Of a stretch of DNA of 64,000 bases, positions 10,801-22,879 are shown one piece after another. The stretch's first letter is position 1; every line of letters begins with the position of its first letter. Source of the stretch: Mobula hypostoma (taxonomy: Eukaryota). Both the position numbers and the translations under genes were made by a program. The stretch is from the NCBI RefSeq assembly GCF_963921235.1, contig NC_086097.1:161078001-161142000 (forward strand), written 5' to 3'. The notes beneath the pieces were generated by a model that saw nothing but the letters and a program-made list of their open reading frames with translations, was not told where the DNA came from and searched no databases.

Positions 10801-12654
10801 CTTTAGAAAAAGAAGAGGTTATTAGCTAGAATGTTTGACAGAATGATTTGAATGAAAAAGAATAAATAGTCTGCAGCTACATTTCTCATGGCAACCAGCA
10901 TCCTTGGTTTTTCTTTATTTTGCATGCACTACTCTGAATCCGGTCATTGCTTATTCAAGCTGCCAATGATATTTCACTCAGTAAGGCTGAGCCAGCAGTG
11001 ATTCATAGTGCAGGTAGAATAGCACAAGGTTAGAAATGGCCATCACCAATTTAGCTGTATGTGAATAAAGGTCTGTACTGAGGATTGCTGATTATTGAAA
11101 CATTATTTTTGACATTAAATGGTTGCACAAGCTCTGATTAACTAGATTGGAACTTAGAATTTGTTGTCTCATTGGCAGTTGTTGAGTTAACTGGCAGACT
11201 GAATCAGTTACACATTCAGCCTGGCTGGGATCCCACTCAGTGGATTGAAAGTCCATAGCAAAGATATAGTCTGAGAGGTTTCACAAAATTACAGCACTTG
11301 TAGTTCCAGTTTTCTCATCCTTGATGTCAGTGTACACTACTCAGCCTTTGATATATGAAATTAATTGGACAAACACACTGCTTTGTGATGTCAAATAACG
11401 TTTGTTTTTGTAATTAACATATGCAAGGTTCACTCTGTGCAGTCTCACTTAAGACACTAACATATATGCAATTTGATAATAAAATTTACTTTGAACTTTG
11501 AACAAAAAAAATCAGGCCCATGGAGCTTGTGCAAGAGGACTTTGTCCATAATTACTAGGGGGTAACCTTGTTCGATCTATCACAATCCTTATTCTAGATT
11601 TCCTTATTAGCTGATAATTTGTTATAGATTTTGTTGCCCCAGCCTAAAATAATTTGGTCTTTGTTACTATGTTGGGATGCTGCAGGGAATCAAAATAGAT
11701 TCATGTGACAGCTTGTTGGTGATAAACAAACTAAGAATCTGTTTTCTCCCCCCGTGCACTTTCTTTCCCATAGACTGTATTCACTAGGTTTCAAAAAACA
11801 CAGCAGCAGACTACACATCTACTCTTAGAGATATGTTTATAGTTCAATAAAAGGGCAGTTCTCATGCTGGGCATGAAAAGCAGTTACAGCAAGAGGTCAC
11901 TAAGCAGGATCACTGATATAGCTCTACTTTAGGAAGCAGGCCATCTCCGAGATTAGATTCGTCCAGTGCTTCAACTTCATCTAACAATATGGAAAAAAGC
12001 TTGAGAGCATCGTAAATTCAATAGCAGAGACAGAAGTTATATTGCCTGCTGTGGGAATCCTGTTCTGTAACAGGAACTAGATCTGTCCTCATGCAGAACT
12101 TTTAAAGTACTCTCCATACTTGGTGATAAATTTGTTACGAATATCTATGAGGCATAGCTATCATTATGACAATCAACATTACCAGTAAGATCATTGCTCC
12201 ATTGTATTGCCCAGAAATGAACGTCACCAAAGCAATTGCACTTAATATTAGAAGCACATTAACACTGCATTTTTCCATGTTACCCCTTCACAATTATCAT
12301 CAGGTCATTGATCTACATGACCTCAGCAACATTCCGGGGGTCCCTTCACATTCCATGGCCAGTCATTGGACAGATCTTAGGTCCACCTTCCCTTGATATG
12401 AAACAAGTTTTCAGTGTTTCCTAGCAACCGCAGATCTCATGTTTGTTTCACTCCTTCCTACTATGCCTACTCCTGTCTCAAGTCACAATCATTCCTTATG
12501 CACCTACCTTAAGATCATAGTATCAGTCTCTACCCCTGGCCCTCAACACCTCAACCACAGAACAGATCCTGATTTAGACTTATAGCCACCAGTCATCCCA
12601 TAAACTCAAGCCCAGTCTTAGTTCAGACTCCTGGTCCTGAAAATGAACAATACT

Positions 12655-13650
12655 TTTCAAAGTTCAAAGTTTAAAGTAAATTTTATTATGAAAGTAGAGG
12701 TGCTGCCATGCTTTCTTTGCAGTGGCACTTATGAGCTGGGTCCAGAACAGCTCCTCTGACATAGCAACACCGAGGAATTTAAAGTTGCTAACCCTCTCCA
12801 CTTCTGATCCTCCAATGAGAACTAGTTTGTGAACCTCTGGTTTCCCTCACCTGAAGTCTATAATCAGTTCCTTGATCTTGCTGACATTGGGTGAGAGGTT
12901 GTTGTTATGACACCACTCACCCAAATCTTCAATCTCCCTGCCGTATGATGATTCATCACCACCTTTGATACAGCCCACAACATGGTGTCATCAGCAAACG
13001 TAAATATGGCATTGGAGCTTTGCTTAGCCACACAGACATAGGTGTAAAGCAAGCAGAGCAGGGAGCTAAGCACATAACCTTCTGGTGCACCTGTGTTGAT
13101 GAAGATCATGAAGGAGATTTTATTGCCAATCCCAACTGACTGGAGTCTATAAGTAAGGAAATCCAGGATCCAATTGCACAAAAAGGTATTGAGGCCAAGG
13201 TCTTGGAACTTATTAATTAGTTTTGAGGGGATGATGGTATTGAATGCAGAGCTGTAGTTGATAAAGAGCATCCTATTGTATGTGTCTTTGTTGTCTAGAC
13301 GTTCTAGGATTGAGTGAAGGTCCATGAGATGGCATCTGTTGTGGACCTGTTGTTCTGGTAGGAATTGGAAAGGGTCTAAGTCGCCTCTCAGGCATGAGCT
13401 GATATCTTTCAACACCAGCCTCTCAAAACATTTCATCACTGTGGATGGAAGTGCAACTGGACAATAGTCATTGTGGTAAGTCACCACGCTTTTCTTGGGC
13501 AGTGGTATAATTGAAGCCTACTTGAAACAGGTGGGTCCCACACACTGTCGAAGCCAGAGGTTGAAGATCTCAGTGAACACTCTAGCCAGCCAGTCAGCAC
13601 AGGTCTTTAGTACATGGCCAGGTATCCCGTCTGGTCCAGATACTTGCCAT
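12655..13650 (-). mobile_element. Rex1/Babar-type LINE RT fragment
   Basis: GPDGIPGHVLKTCADWL, DYCPVALPSTVMKCFERLV, RMLFINYSSAFNTIIP, LCNWILDFLT, FADDT. Appears to resume briefly at about 14578-14640. Confidence 0.88.
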
Positions 13651-13654
13651 GGAT

Positions 13655-13963
13655 CTAATAGTTCAATATTTAATATCAGAGAATGTATACAATATACAAC
13701 CTGAAATTCTTGTTCTTTGCAGACATCCATGAAAACAGAAAAGTTACAGTATAAAAGGTTTGAACCACAAATCCCCCCTACTCCCCCCTCCCATGGACAA
13801 GCAGCAGCAAGGTGTCAACCCACCCCCCCTCCCCACTTACTTCAGCAAAAAAACACCAGCACCCTGCACCCACCAAGCCAGCAACAGCGAAGTCCCCAAA
13901 GAAGACCATGATCTACAGTAGAACAAAAACTAATCATTCACCTGACAATTCGACATACCACAG

Positions 13964-14005
<42 letters not shown>

Positions 14006-14560
14006 CCCCCCCCCACTAATAAAGGGGCAGAGAGGTATCACTCAGCAAGAGGGGAGACATAAAACAAAACAACTCGCTGATTCATGGTGTTAAAGTCTAT
14101 GGCGTCACTTTTTTCCAAGTTCTCCGACTCGAGAATTGGCAAAAAACTTTCCTCCACCATCAAGAGAGAGCGAGAGAGAGAGAGTGTGTGATCTAAGTAC
14201 AAAGCCCCTGACAACTAGTCTGTTGTTCCCCATATTCTGCTTTCTCCCGTGATGCTTCAGTTGGTGGGCACCAGCATAGAATTGGCTCGTTCCCAGGGAT
14301 GCAAAGCTTCATAACCCTGAAAGCATGCTTGCCTTCCAGGCCATGTCCTTGGGATCTCGAAAAGCGGCCGATCGGTGAGCCCCAGAAGTGGGTTGCATCA
14401 TCGCAAAGTACTTAAGTTTGAATGTAGCTCTAGGGCAGGGTCTACGACAGAACCCATCCACGTTGAAAAGGAAAAAGAGAGACATTAAAGGTAGAAGTAA
14501 GCTGTTTCCACAGATGAGCTCGAAGAAGTTGCTGTCTAGCACCATCTTAGCTCCGTCCAC
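13655..14560 (-). mobile_element. Non-coding non-autonomous retroposon inserted in the Rex1 element
   Basis: Minus strand starts ggagctAAGATGGTGCTA and ends caggttgtatattgtatacattctctgatattaaa. Contains (CT)n and (GA)n tracts. Confidence 0.6.
13967..14001. repeat. (CT)n microsatellite
   Basis: Read directly from the sequence. Confidence 0.95.
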
Positions 14561-15239
14561 AGAGTGCCAATTTAGCTTCACCCACCTGAAAGCAGCTCAC
14601 ACATCAGCTTCGAAGACAGTCACCACAGGATCTCAGTTCCTTCTGAGATCTTCTGTCAAGGGTACAGCTGACATTCACATGAGCAAGTCTACAATGGAAT
14701 CACCATGATGCCGTTGTGCACCACCCAGCTAGTGTGCCTTTTCAAGTGCACTTTTTTTTGTTTTGTAACTTCTTTCTTAAAGGAATAGATTGTAGGTGTA
14801 GGCTACGGATTCTCTCTGCAGTGTCAGGGAAAGGTTTCACGTATATGGGAGGCAGGGTTTGAGGATTGGCACAACATTGTGGGCCAAAGGGTCTGTACTA
14901 TACTGTACTGTTCTATGTTCATGGCCATAAAGAAAGAAACTCAACACTTACGGTGCCTTTCTCTTCCCAGTTAGAGCCTTGCAGCACAGGACAGGGCCCT
15001 CCAGCTCAACAAGTTTGTGCCAACCATAAACCGTCCATTTACATCAAACCTACTCTATAAACATTTTATAAAATAAAGCTTATTTGTCACATGTACATTG
15101 AAACATAGAGTAAAATGCATCCCTTGCATCAATGACCAACACGCTCCCAGGAAGTGCTGTGGTGTCACCCTGTTTCTGGCACCAACATAGCTTTTTAATA
15201 TTTTCTTCACATTCCCACTCCTCCCAGAAACTAGCCCTC

Positions 15240-15430
15240 ATGTACATACTGGGGATAATTTATTGTGGCCAGTTAAGCTACCAGCCTACAGATCTTTGAT
15301 ACAAGGAAGGAAACTGGAGTACCTGGAGGAAACCCACACACCTCACAGAGGGATTATGCAAATTCTGGAGCTCAGGACTGAACCCAGACTGCTGAAGCAG
15401 TGGGGCAGCAGCTCCTCAGCTGTGCCACAG
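15240..15430 (-). mobile_element. Degenerate HE1/V-SINE-like element
   Basis: ggaaactggagtacctggaggaaacccac is the reverse complement of the V-domain core seen at 42221-42255. Confidence 0.6.
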
Positions 15431-16359
15431 CGCCAAGAAGATTCCTAGATCTTGAGCTTGCTGGCAGCTGAAATTCAGCGACTGAATTAGCTTGGATACT
15501 ACCAGTATCAGTACAGAGAAAATGAAGTACCCAAAGCAGGTGCTACGAAAGAGTAATGTAGTCCTCAAATATAGGTCCTTAGATATTGATAACTTCCTTT
15601 ATTGTGACACTGGATCTGTAAATGTTGTCTGTTCATGAAATAGCCAAAAGAAACAAAAGGATTTGCAAAAATAGCAAGCAAGAAAAAATAACCAAATAGC
15701 AAATATAAATGGTGCTATATCCCTGGGAAGTGTCAAAAGTAAGTTTCTTTTAATGCATGCCTGAGGGAAACAGAGCTTCACATGCACTGCAGTTTAGTCA
15801 GATTTTGATGATATTATCCAGACTGAATGCAAACTGTTCACCTCACAAGCAATGCTATTCCAGGCTATGCATAATATTCTATCTTGCTACAAAACACCAT
15901 CCACTCCTCAGTCCCATCTCAGGTCTTTCCTCCTGAATCCTCTTCCTGTCAAAGATCATACCATATTCTTTTTCTAGTCTCCAAATCCAACTCAGTGCTG
16001 CTTTATTCTTTTTTTTTCTTTTCTTTATTGTCAGCACAGAACAAATTGTTAGCCTCCTCCTCTAACACAAATGTTATATAATCTGGTAAATGGATGATAT
16101 TTTCCTATCACCCTTTCAAGCGGAGATCCACATGTATCTCCATGAATTAAACCACAACTACACTTTAGGCTTCTAATGGAATTGTCCAAAGTGCTTACTG
16201 TAACATCTATTGCTGCCATGTCAGGAGCCATGTGCCCAATCTTGTTGCTCTTCTTCCAATCCCAGTTATCCAATTCCAGCAGAAGCTGCCATTAAGTCAT
16301 TGGTCCCTGCTTTCTTTTATAGTCTTGACCAGGCTGTTCATTCATTCCTCAGCAAGGTT

Positions 16360-17490
16360 ATAGTTATCAGTGAACTTATTGTCTGGCTGGATGGGAGACG
16401 CCAGAGAGTAGTGGTGGATAACTGTTTGTCAGATTGGAGGCCGGTGACTAGCGGTGTACCTCAGGAATCTATACTGGGTCTAATGTTGTTTGTCATATAC
16501 ATTAATGATCTGGATGATGGGGTGGTAAATTGGGGGGTGGTAAATTGGATTAGTAAGTATGCAGATGATACTAAGATAGGTGGAGTTGTGGATAATGAAG
16601 TAGGTTTTCAAAGCTTGCAGGGAGATATCGGCCAGTTAGAAGAGTGGGCTGAAAGATGGCAGATGGAGTTTAATGCTGATAAGTGTGAGGTGCTACATTT
16701 TGGTAGGACTAATCAAAATAGGACATACATGGTAAATGGTAGGGCATTGAAGAATGCAGTAGAACAGAGGGATCTAGGAATAATGGTGCACAGTTGCCTG
16801 AAGGTGGAATCTCATGTGGATAGGGTGGTGAAGAAAGTTTTTAGTATGCTGGCCTTTATAAATCAGAGCATTGAGTATAGGAGCTGGGATGTAATGTTAA
16901 AATTGTACAAGGCATTGGTAAGGCCAAATTTGGAGTATTGTGCACAGTTCTGGTCACCGAATTATAGGAAAGATGTCAACAAAATAGAGAGAGTACAGAG
17001 AAGATTTACTAGAATGTTACCTGGGTTTCAGCACCTAAGTTACAGAGAAAGGTTGAACAAGTTGGGTCTTTATTCTTTGGAGCGTAGAAGGGTGAGGGGG
17101 GACTTGATAGAGGTATTTAAAATTATGAAGGGGATAGATAGAGTTGACGTGGACAGGCTTTTTCCATTGAGAGTAGGGGAGATTCAAAAAAGAGAACATG
17201 AGTTGAGAGTTAGGGGGCAAAAGTTTAGGGGTAACATGAGGGGGAACTTCTTTACTCAGAGAGTGGTAGCTGTGTGGAACGAGCTTCCAGCAGAAGTGGT
17301 AGAGGCAGGTTCGATATTGTCATTTAAAGTAAAGCTGGATAGCTATATGGACAGGAAAGGAATGGAGGGTTATGGGCTGAGTGCAGGTCAGTGGGACTAG
17401 GTGAGAGTAAGCGTTCGGCACGGACTGGAAGGGCCAAGATGACCTATTTTCGTGCTGTAATTGTTATATGGTTATATTGTTATATGGTTA
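16360..17490 (+). mobile_element. Young 5'-truncated CR1 LINE with uninterrupted RT C-terminal frame
   Basis: Open frame about 16381-17400: WLDGRRQRVVV, GVPQESILG, KYADDTK, LEYCAQFWSP. Followed by a 3'UTR and (TTGTTATATGG)-type tail. Confidence 0.95.
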
Positions 17491-17829
17491 TTGTGAAAGA
17501 TTGCATTGCTCAGTATGAAGTACTGTCTCCTACTCTTTTAATTTGGCTACACAGTTCTCTCTGGCCTTAAGAATCCTCTACAGTAACAAGGACAACTATG
17601 GTCACTCCCTTCCCAAAAGAAGCAGAGCACTTACCTGCTTCCTAACCTTACTATTCTATTCAGTTGTTGACCATTTCCCATTTCTCTGCATCTTAAAACT
17701 TCTTTATCTGTAACATCTCCCAACTGTTAAAAATTATTGACCAGAGAGTTTAATTCTCATTTTTATCTCCACAGATTGCCTGATCTGCTGAGTATTTCCT
17801 GCTTTTTCTGTTTTTATTTCAGCTTTTTC

Positions 17830-18065
17830 ATGTTTGAGGGGAACATGAGGGGGAACTCCTTTGCTCGGAGTGTGGTGAGAGTGTGGAACAAGCTGCCAGC
17901 ACAAGTGGTGGATGCAGGTTAAATTTCAACATTTAAGAGACGTTTGAATAGGTACATGGATGGGAGAGATATAGTCCAGATACAGGTCGATGGGACCAGA
18001 CAGATTAATGATTTGGCATGGACTAGATGGGCTGAAGAGCCTGTTCCTGTGCTGTAGTGTTCTAC
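17830..18065 (+). mobile_element. Short CR1 3' fragment
   Basis: GNMRGNSFARSVVRVWNKLP plus a CR1-like 3'UTR. Confidence 0.75.
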
Positions 18066-18129
18066 AACTCAGTGACTCTTTAAAACATTCAAATTACTTT
18101 CCTCTTGAAACAATTTTTTGTGTCTACCC

Positions 18130-20880
18130 AGGACTGCGCTATCTCAGTGTACAGGAAGGTAGGCAGAGGGGGAGGCGTGGCTTTATTGGTAAGAAATGAT
18201 ATTAAATCATTAGAAAGAGGTGATATAGGATCGGAAGGTGCAGAATCTTTATGGGTTGAGCTAAGGAATAGCAGGGGTAAAAGGACCCAGATGGCAGTTA
18301 TTTGTAGGCCTCCAAACAGCTGCAGGGATGTGGACTACAAATTACAACTGGAAATAGAAAAGGCTTGTCAGAAGGGCAGTGTTATGATCATTGTGGGGGA
18401 TTTTAACATGTGAGTAGATTAGAAAATCAGGTCGGCACTGGATCTCAAGAGAGAGAATTTGTAGAATGTCTGCGAGATGGCTTTTTAGAACAGCTTGTTG
18501 TTGAGCCCACTAGGGGATCGGCTGTACTGGATTGGGTATTGTGTAATGAACCGGAGGTGATTGGAGAGATTGTGGTGAAGGAACCCTTAGGAGGCAGTGA
18601 TCATAACATGATTGAGTTCACTGTGAAATTAGAAAAAGAGAAGCCGAAATCCGATGTGTCGGTGTTTCAGTGGAGTAAAGGAAATTACAGTGGCATGAGA
18701 GAGGAACTGGCCAAAGTTGACTGGAAAGAGACACTGGCGGGAAAGACGGCAGAGCATCAGTGGCTGGAGTTTATGCGAGAAGTGAGGAATGTGCAAGACA
18801 GGTATATTCCAAAAAAGAAGAAATTTTCGAGTGGAAAAAGGATGCAACCGTGGTTCACAAGAGAAGTCAAAGCCAAAGTTAAAGCAAAGGAGAGGGCATA
18901 CAAGGAAGCAAAAATTAGTGGGAAGACAGAGGATTGGGAAGTTTTTAAAACCTTACAAAAGGAAACCAAGAAGGTCATTAAGAGAGAAAAGATTAACTAT
19001 GAAAGGAAACTAGCAAATAATATCAAAGAGGATACTAAAAGCTTTTTCAAGTATATAAAGAGTAAAAGACAGGTGAGAGTAGATATAGGACCGATAGAAA
19101 ATGATACTGGAGAAATTGTAATGGGAGATGAGGAGATGGCAGAGGAACTGAACAAGTATTTTGCATCAGTCTTCACTGAGGAAGACAGCAGGATACTGGA
19201 CACTCAAGGGTGGCAGGGAAGAGAAGCGTGCGCAGTCACAATTACGACACAGAAAGTACTCAGGAAGCTGAATAGGCTAAAGGTTGTAAATCTCCTGGAC
19301 CAGATGAAATGCACCCTCGTGTTCTGAAGGAAGTAGCTGTGGAGATTGCGGAGACATTAGCGATGATCTTTCAAAAGTCGATAGATTCTGGCATGGTTCC
19401 GGAAGACTGGAAGATTGCAAATGTCACTCCGCTATTTAAGAAGGGGGCAAGGAAGCAAAAAGGAAATTATAGACCTGTTAGCTTGACGTCAGTGGTTGGG
19501 AAGTTGTTGGAGTCGATTGTCAAGGATGAGGTTACAGAGTACCTGGAGGCATATCACAAGATAGGCAGAACTCAGCATGGATTCCTTAAAGGAAAATCCT
19601 GCCTGACAAACCTATTGCAATTTTTTGAGGAAATTACCAGTAGGCTAGACAAGGGAGATGCAGTGGATGTTGTATATTTGGATTTTCAGAAGGCCTTTGA
19701 CAAGGTGCCACACATGAGGCTACTTAACAAGATAAGAGCCCATGGAATTACAGGAAAGTTACATACGTGGATAGAGCGTTGGCTGATTGGCAGGAAACAG
19801 AGAGTGGGAATAAAGGGATCCTATTCTGGTTGGCTGCCGGTTACCAGTGGTGTTCCACAGGGATCAGTGTTGGGGCCGCTTCTTTTTACATTGTACATCA
19901 ACGATTTGGATTATGGAATAGATGGCTTTGTGGCTAAGTTTGCTGACAATACAAAGATAGGTGGAGGGGCTGGTAGTGCTGAGGAAACGGAGAGTCTGCA
20001 GAGAGACTTGGATAGATTGGAAGAATGGGCAGAGAAGTGGTAAATGAAGTACAATGTTGGAAAGTGTATGGTTATGCACTTTGGCAGAAAAAATAAACGG
20101 GCAGACTATTATTTAAATGGGGAAAGAATTCAAAGTTCTGAGATGCGACGGGACTTGGGAGTCCTCGTACAGGATTCCCTTAAAGTTAACCTCCAGGTTG
20201 AGTCAGTAGTGAAGAAGGCGAATGCAATGTTGGCATTCATTTCTAGAGGAATAGAGTATAGGAGCAGGGATGTGATGTTGAGGCTCTATAAGGCACTGGT
20301 GAGACCTCACTTGGAGTACTGTGGGCAGTTTTGGTCTCCTTATTTAAGAAAGGATGTGCTGACGTTGGAGAGGGTACAGAGAAGATTCACTAGAATGATT
20401 CTGGGAATGAGAGGGTTAACATATGAGGAACGTTTGTCCGCTCTTGGACTGTATTCCTTGGAGTTTAGAAGAATGAGGGGAGACCTCATAGAAACATTTC
20501 GAATGTTAAAAGGCATGGACAGAGTGGATGTGGCAAAGTTATTTCCCATGATGGGGGAGTCTAGTACGAAAGGGCATGACTTCAGGATTGAAGGGCGCCC
20601 TTTCAGAACAGAAATGCAAAGAAATTTTTTTAGTCAGAGGGTGGTGAATCTATAGAATTTGTTGCCACGGGCAGCAGTGGAGGCCAAGTCATTGGGTGTA
20701 TTTAAGGCAGAGATTGATAGGTATCTGAGTAGCCAGGGCATCAAAGGTTATGGTGAGAAGGCGGGGCAGTGGGACTAAATAGGATAAAATGGATCAGCTC
20801 ATGATAAAATGGCAGCGCAGACTCGATGGGCCGAATGGCCTACTTCTGCTCCTTTGTCTTATGGCCTTATGGTCTTATGT
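18130..20880 (+). mobile_element. CR1 LINE, near-complete ORF2 with few lesions
   Basis: Consecutive ORFs of 102, 305, 244 and 203 aa cover the endonuclease (ICRPP, GDFN, GSDHN) and RT. Tail (cttatggt)n. Confidence 0.96.
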
Positions 20881-21324
20881 ATTGTTCTCTGACATCTGAG
20901 ACACATTGATCCAAAGTGATAAATGCCAGACTGGATGCTGCATACATGCAAGTTGTTGATACAAATATATTGAAAGCTTCTTCTTCTCCCAGTCATACCT
21001 CTGTGGCTCAGTAGATCTATGGACAATTCAACTTGTCAATGTATTGAATCTAAAACTGTGTAACTACTATAGACTGGACCTCAGGGTTCCTGGATGCAAC
21101 AGGCTTGATTTTTTGACATATATTTAGAGAGAGCAACTTGAGGGGTACCAGGGACTATAATCCATCAATCTATAGATGTCTCATTAGAACCATACACAGT
21201 GGAGCAGGAGATATCATTCAGCCCTCTGGGTCTGTGCCACCAGTCAACACATTCATGACTGACACTAAATTCAGTATCCTGTTCCCGCCTTTCCCCATTC
21301 CCCTCAATCCATCATAAACCCTCC

Positions 21325-21848
21325 TTTACCTAATAAATGAAAGTTTGAGGTCACCTGCTGTTGTAGTCCATCCACTTCAAGGCTGACATGTTATGCATTC
21401 AAAGATGCTCTTCTGTACATCACTGCTATAACATGTGGGTATTTCAGTTACGGTCGTCATTCTGTCACCCTGAACCATTCTGGGCATTCTCCTCTGATCT
21501 CTCTCATTAACAAGGCTTTTTCATCCACAGAACTGCCAATCGCTGGATATGTGATTTATATCTCATCCTTCTTTGTAAACACTAGAAATTGTGGTGCGTG
21601 AAAATCCCAGGACATCAGTTTGTGAGATTCTCCAATCACCCTGTCTAGCACCAACAAACATTGCATGGTCCAAGTCACTTGGATCACAATTCTTCCCCAT
21701 TCTGAATTTTGATTTGATCAACAAATGAACCTTTTGAAAAGTCTGCATGCATTTTTTAATTCATTGAGTTGCTGCCATATGATTGGCTGATTAGATATTT
21801 GCATTAATGAGCAGATGTTCAGGTGTACCTAATAAAGTGACCACTGAT
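21325..21848 (-). mobile_element. Tc1-type DNA transposon remnant (one TIR + transposase N-terminal HTH)
   Basis: Minus strand begins tcagtggtcactttattaggtac (TIR-like). Encodes RMGKNCDPSDLDHAMFVGARQG...LGFSRTTISSVYKE. Confidence 0.75.
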
Positions 21849-22879
21849 TGAATACATATTCTTGAGAATAATTAATGATCTTGTCTGCACTGCCTTCTGT
21901 GACAGAACATTCCATCCACTCACCATCATGGTTCTAAATGGTATGCTTGTACCTGAGTCTGTAAGCCTGACATTAGCCTCTTAAGCCATTGGGAATATCC
22001 TCCCTGTATTTAGTCTGCCTGGTAGAATTATGTGAGTTTCTACGAGATCTCCTCTCATTCAAAGTTCGAAGTAAGTTTATTATCGAAGTACTGTATATAT
22101 GTTACCATATACTATCTTAATATTCTTCTAAGCTATTGACTCTCTACATGGTGGGTCTACATCCCAGGAACCAGCCATATAAACCGTGGTGCACTCATTC
22201 CACAGCAAGAACTCTCTGCCTCAGGTTTGGAGATTAACTCTGCACAATAAATTTCAGATAGAGTTTCAGTAAGGCCCTGCAGAGCGGCAGCAAGATCTCC
22301 TTCCTCGTGTAATGAAATCCTCCTACAAGGAAGAACAATATACCATTTGCTTTCCAAACCATTTTCTACTCTGAATGTACGCTTTCTATGTACATTGCAG
22401 AATAATATGCACAGAACCTTCCCTTTTCATTCTATCACAATTCAGATAATACTGTAGGTTTGATACCTAATGAGACCTACAAAAAACAAGACAATATTAA
22501 AGAGAGTTCTTCCATTAGCTGGAAGAAAAATGGCATTGGATAGTATGAGAAGAGTACAAATCACTGCACTTTAATTGTTTTAAAGAAAATAAGTTTACCA
22601 AATTGTTAGCAACTGCTTAACAATGTTAGAACAATAGTGTACATGTCCCTAATGCTTCTCTGTTTATCTTAAAATCATGATTTTTTTTTGTTGAAAGTGT
22701 TATGTTTTGTAACTCCAGAAATTAATCAAAAGAAAAAGATAGGAGCCCTTGTCTACTTAGGTTTATTTTTTTTCTTTAGTGAGGCACTCACATATGACGT
22801 GGAGGCATAATGACGTATACCATTCACATGCTTCTTACATATAACCCATAATGTAAACAAACAGTGCTTAATCAAACAG

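Noticed and set aside
11910..11980. Possible terminal exon on the minus strand (acceptor ttttttccatattgttag; EVEALDESNLGDGLLPKVELYQ*)
   Set aside because: Too short, not recognised, and I could not link it to a convincing upstream donor.
16210..16380. Novel N-terminal extension on the 396-aa RT ORF
   Set aside because: It starts at a non-ATG codon and is chance read-through of flanking DNA into a 5'-truncated CR1.
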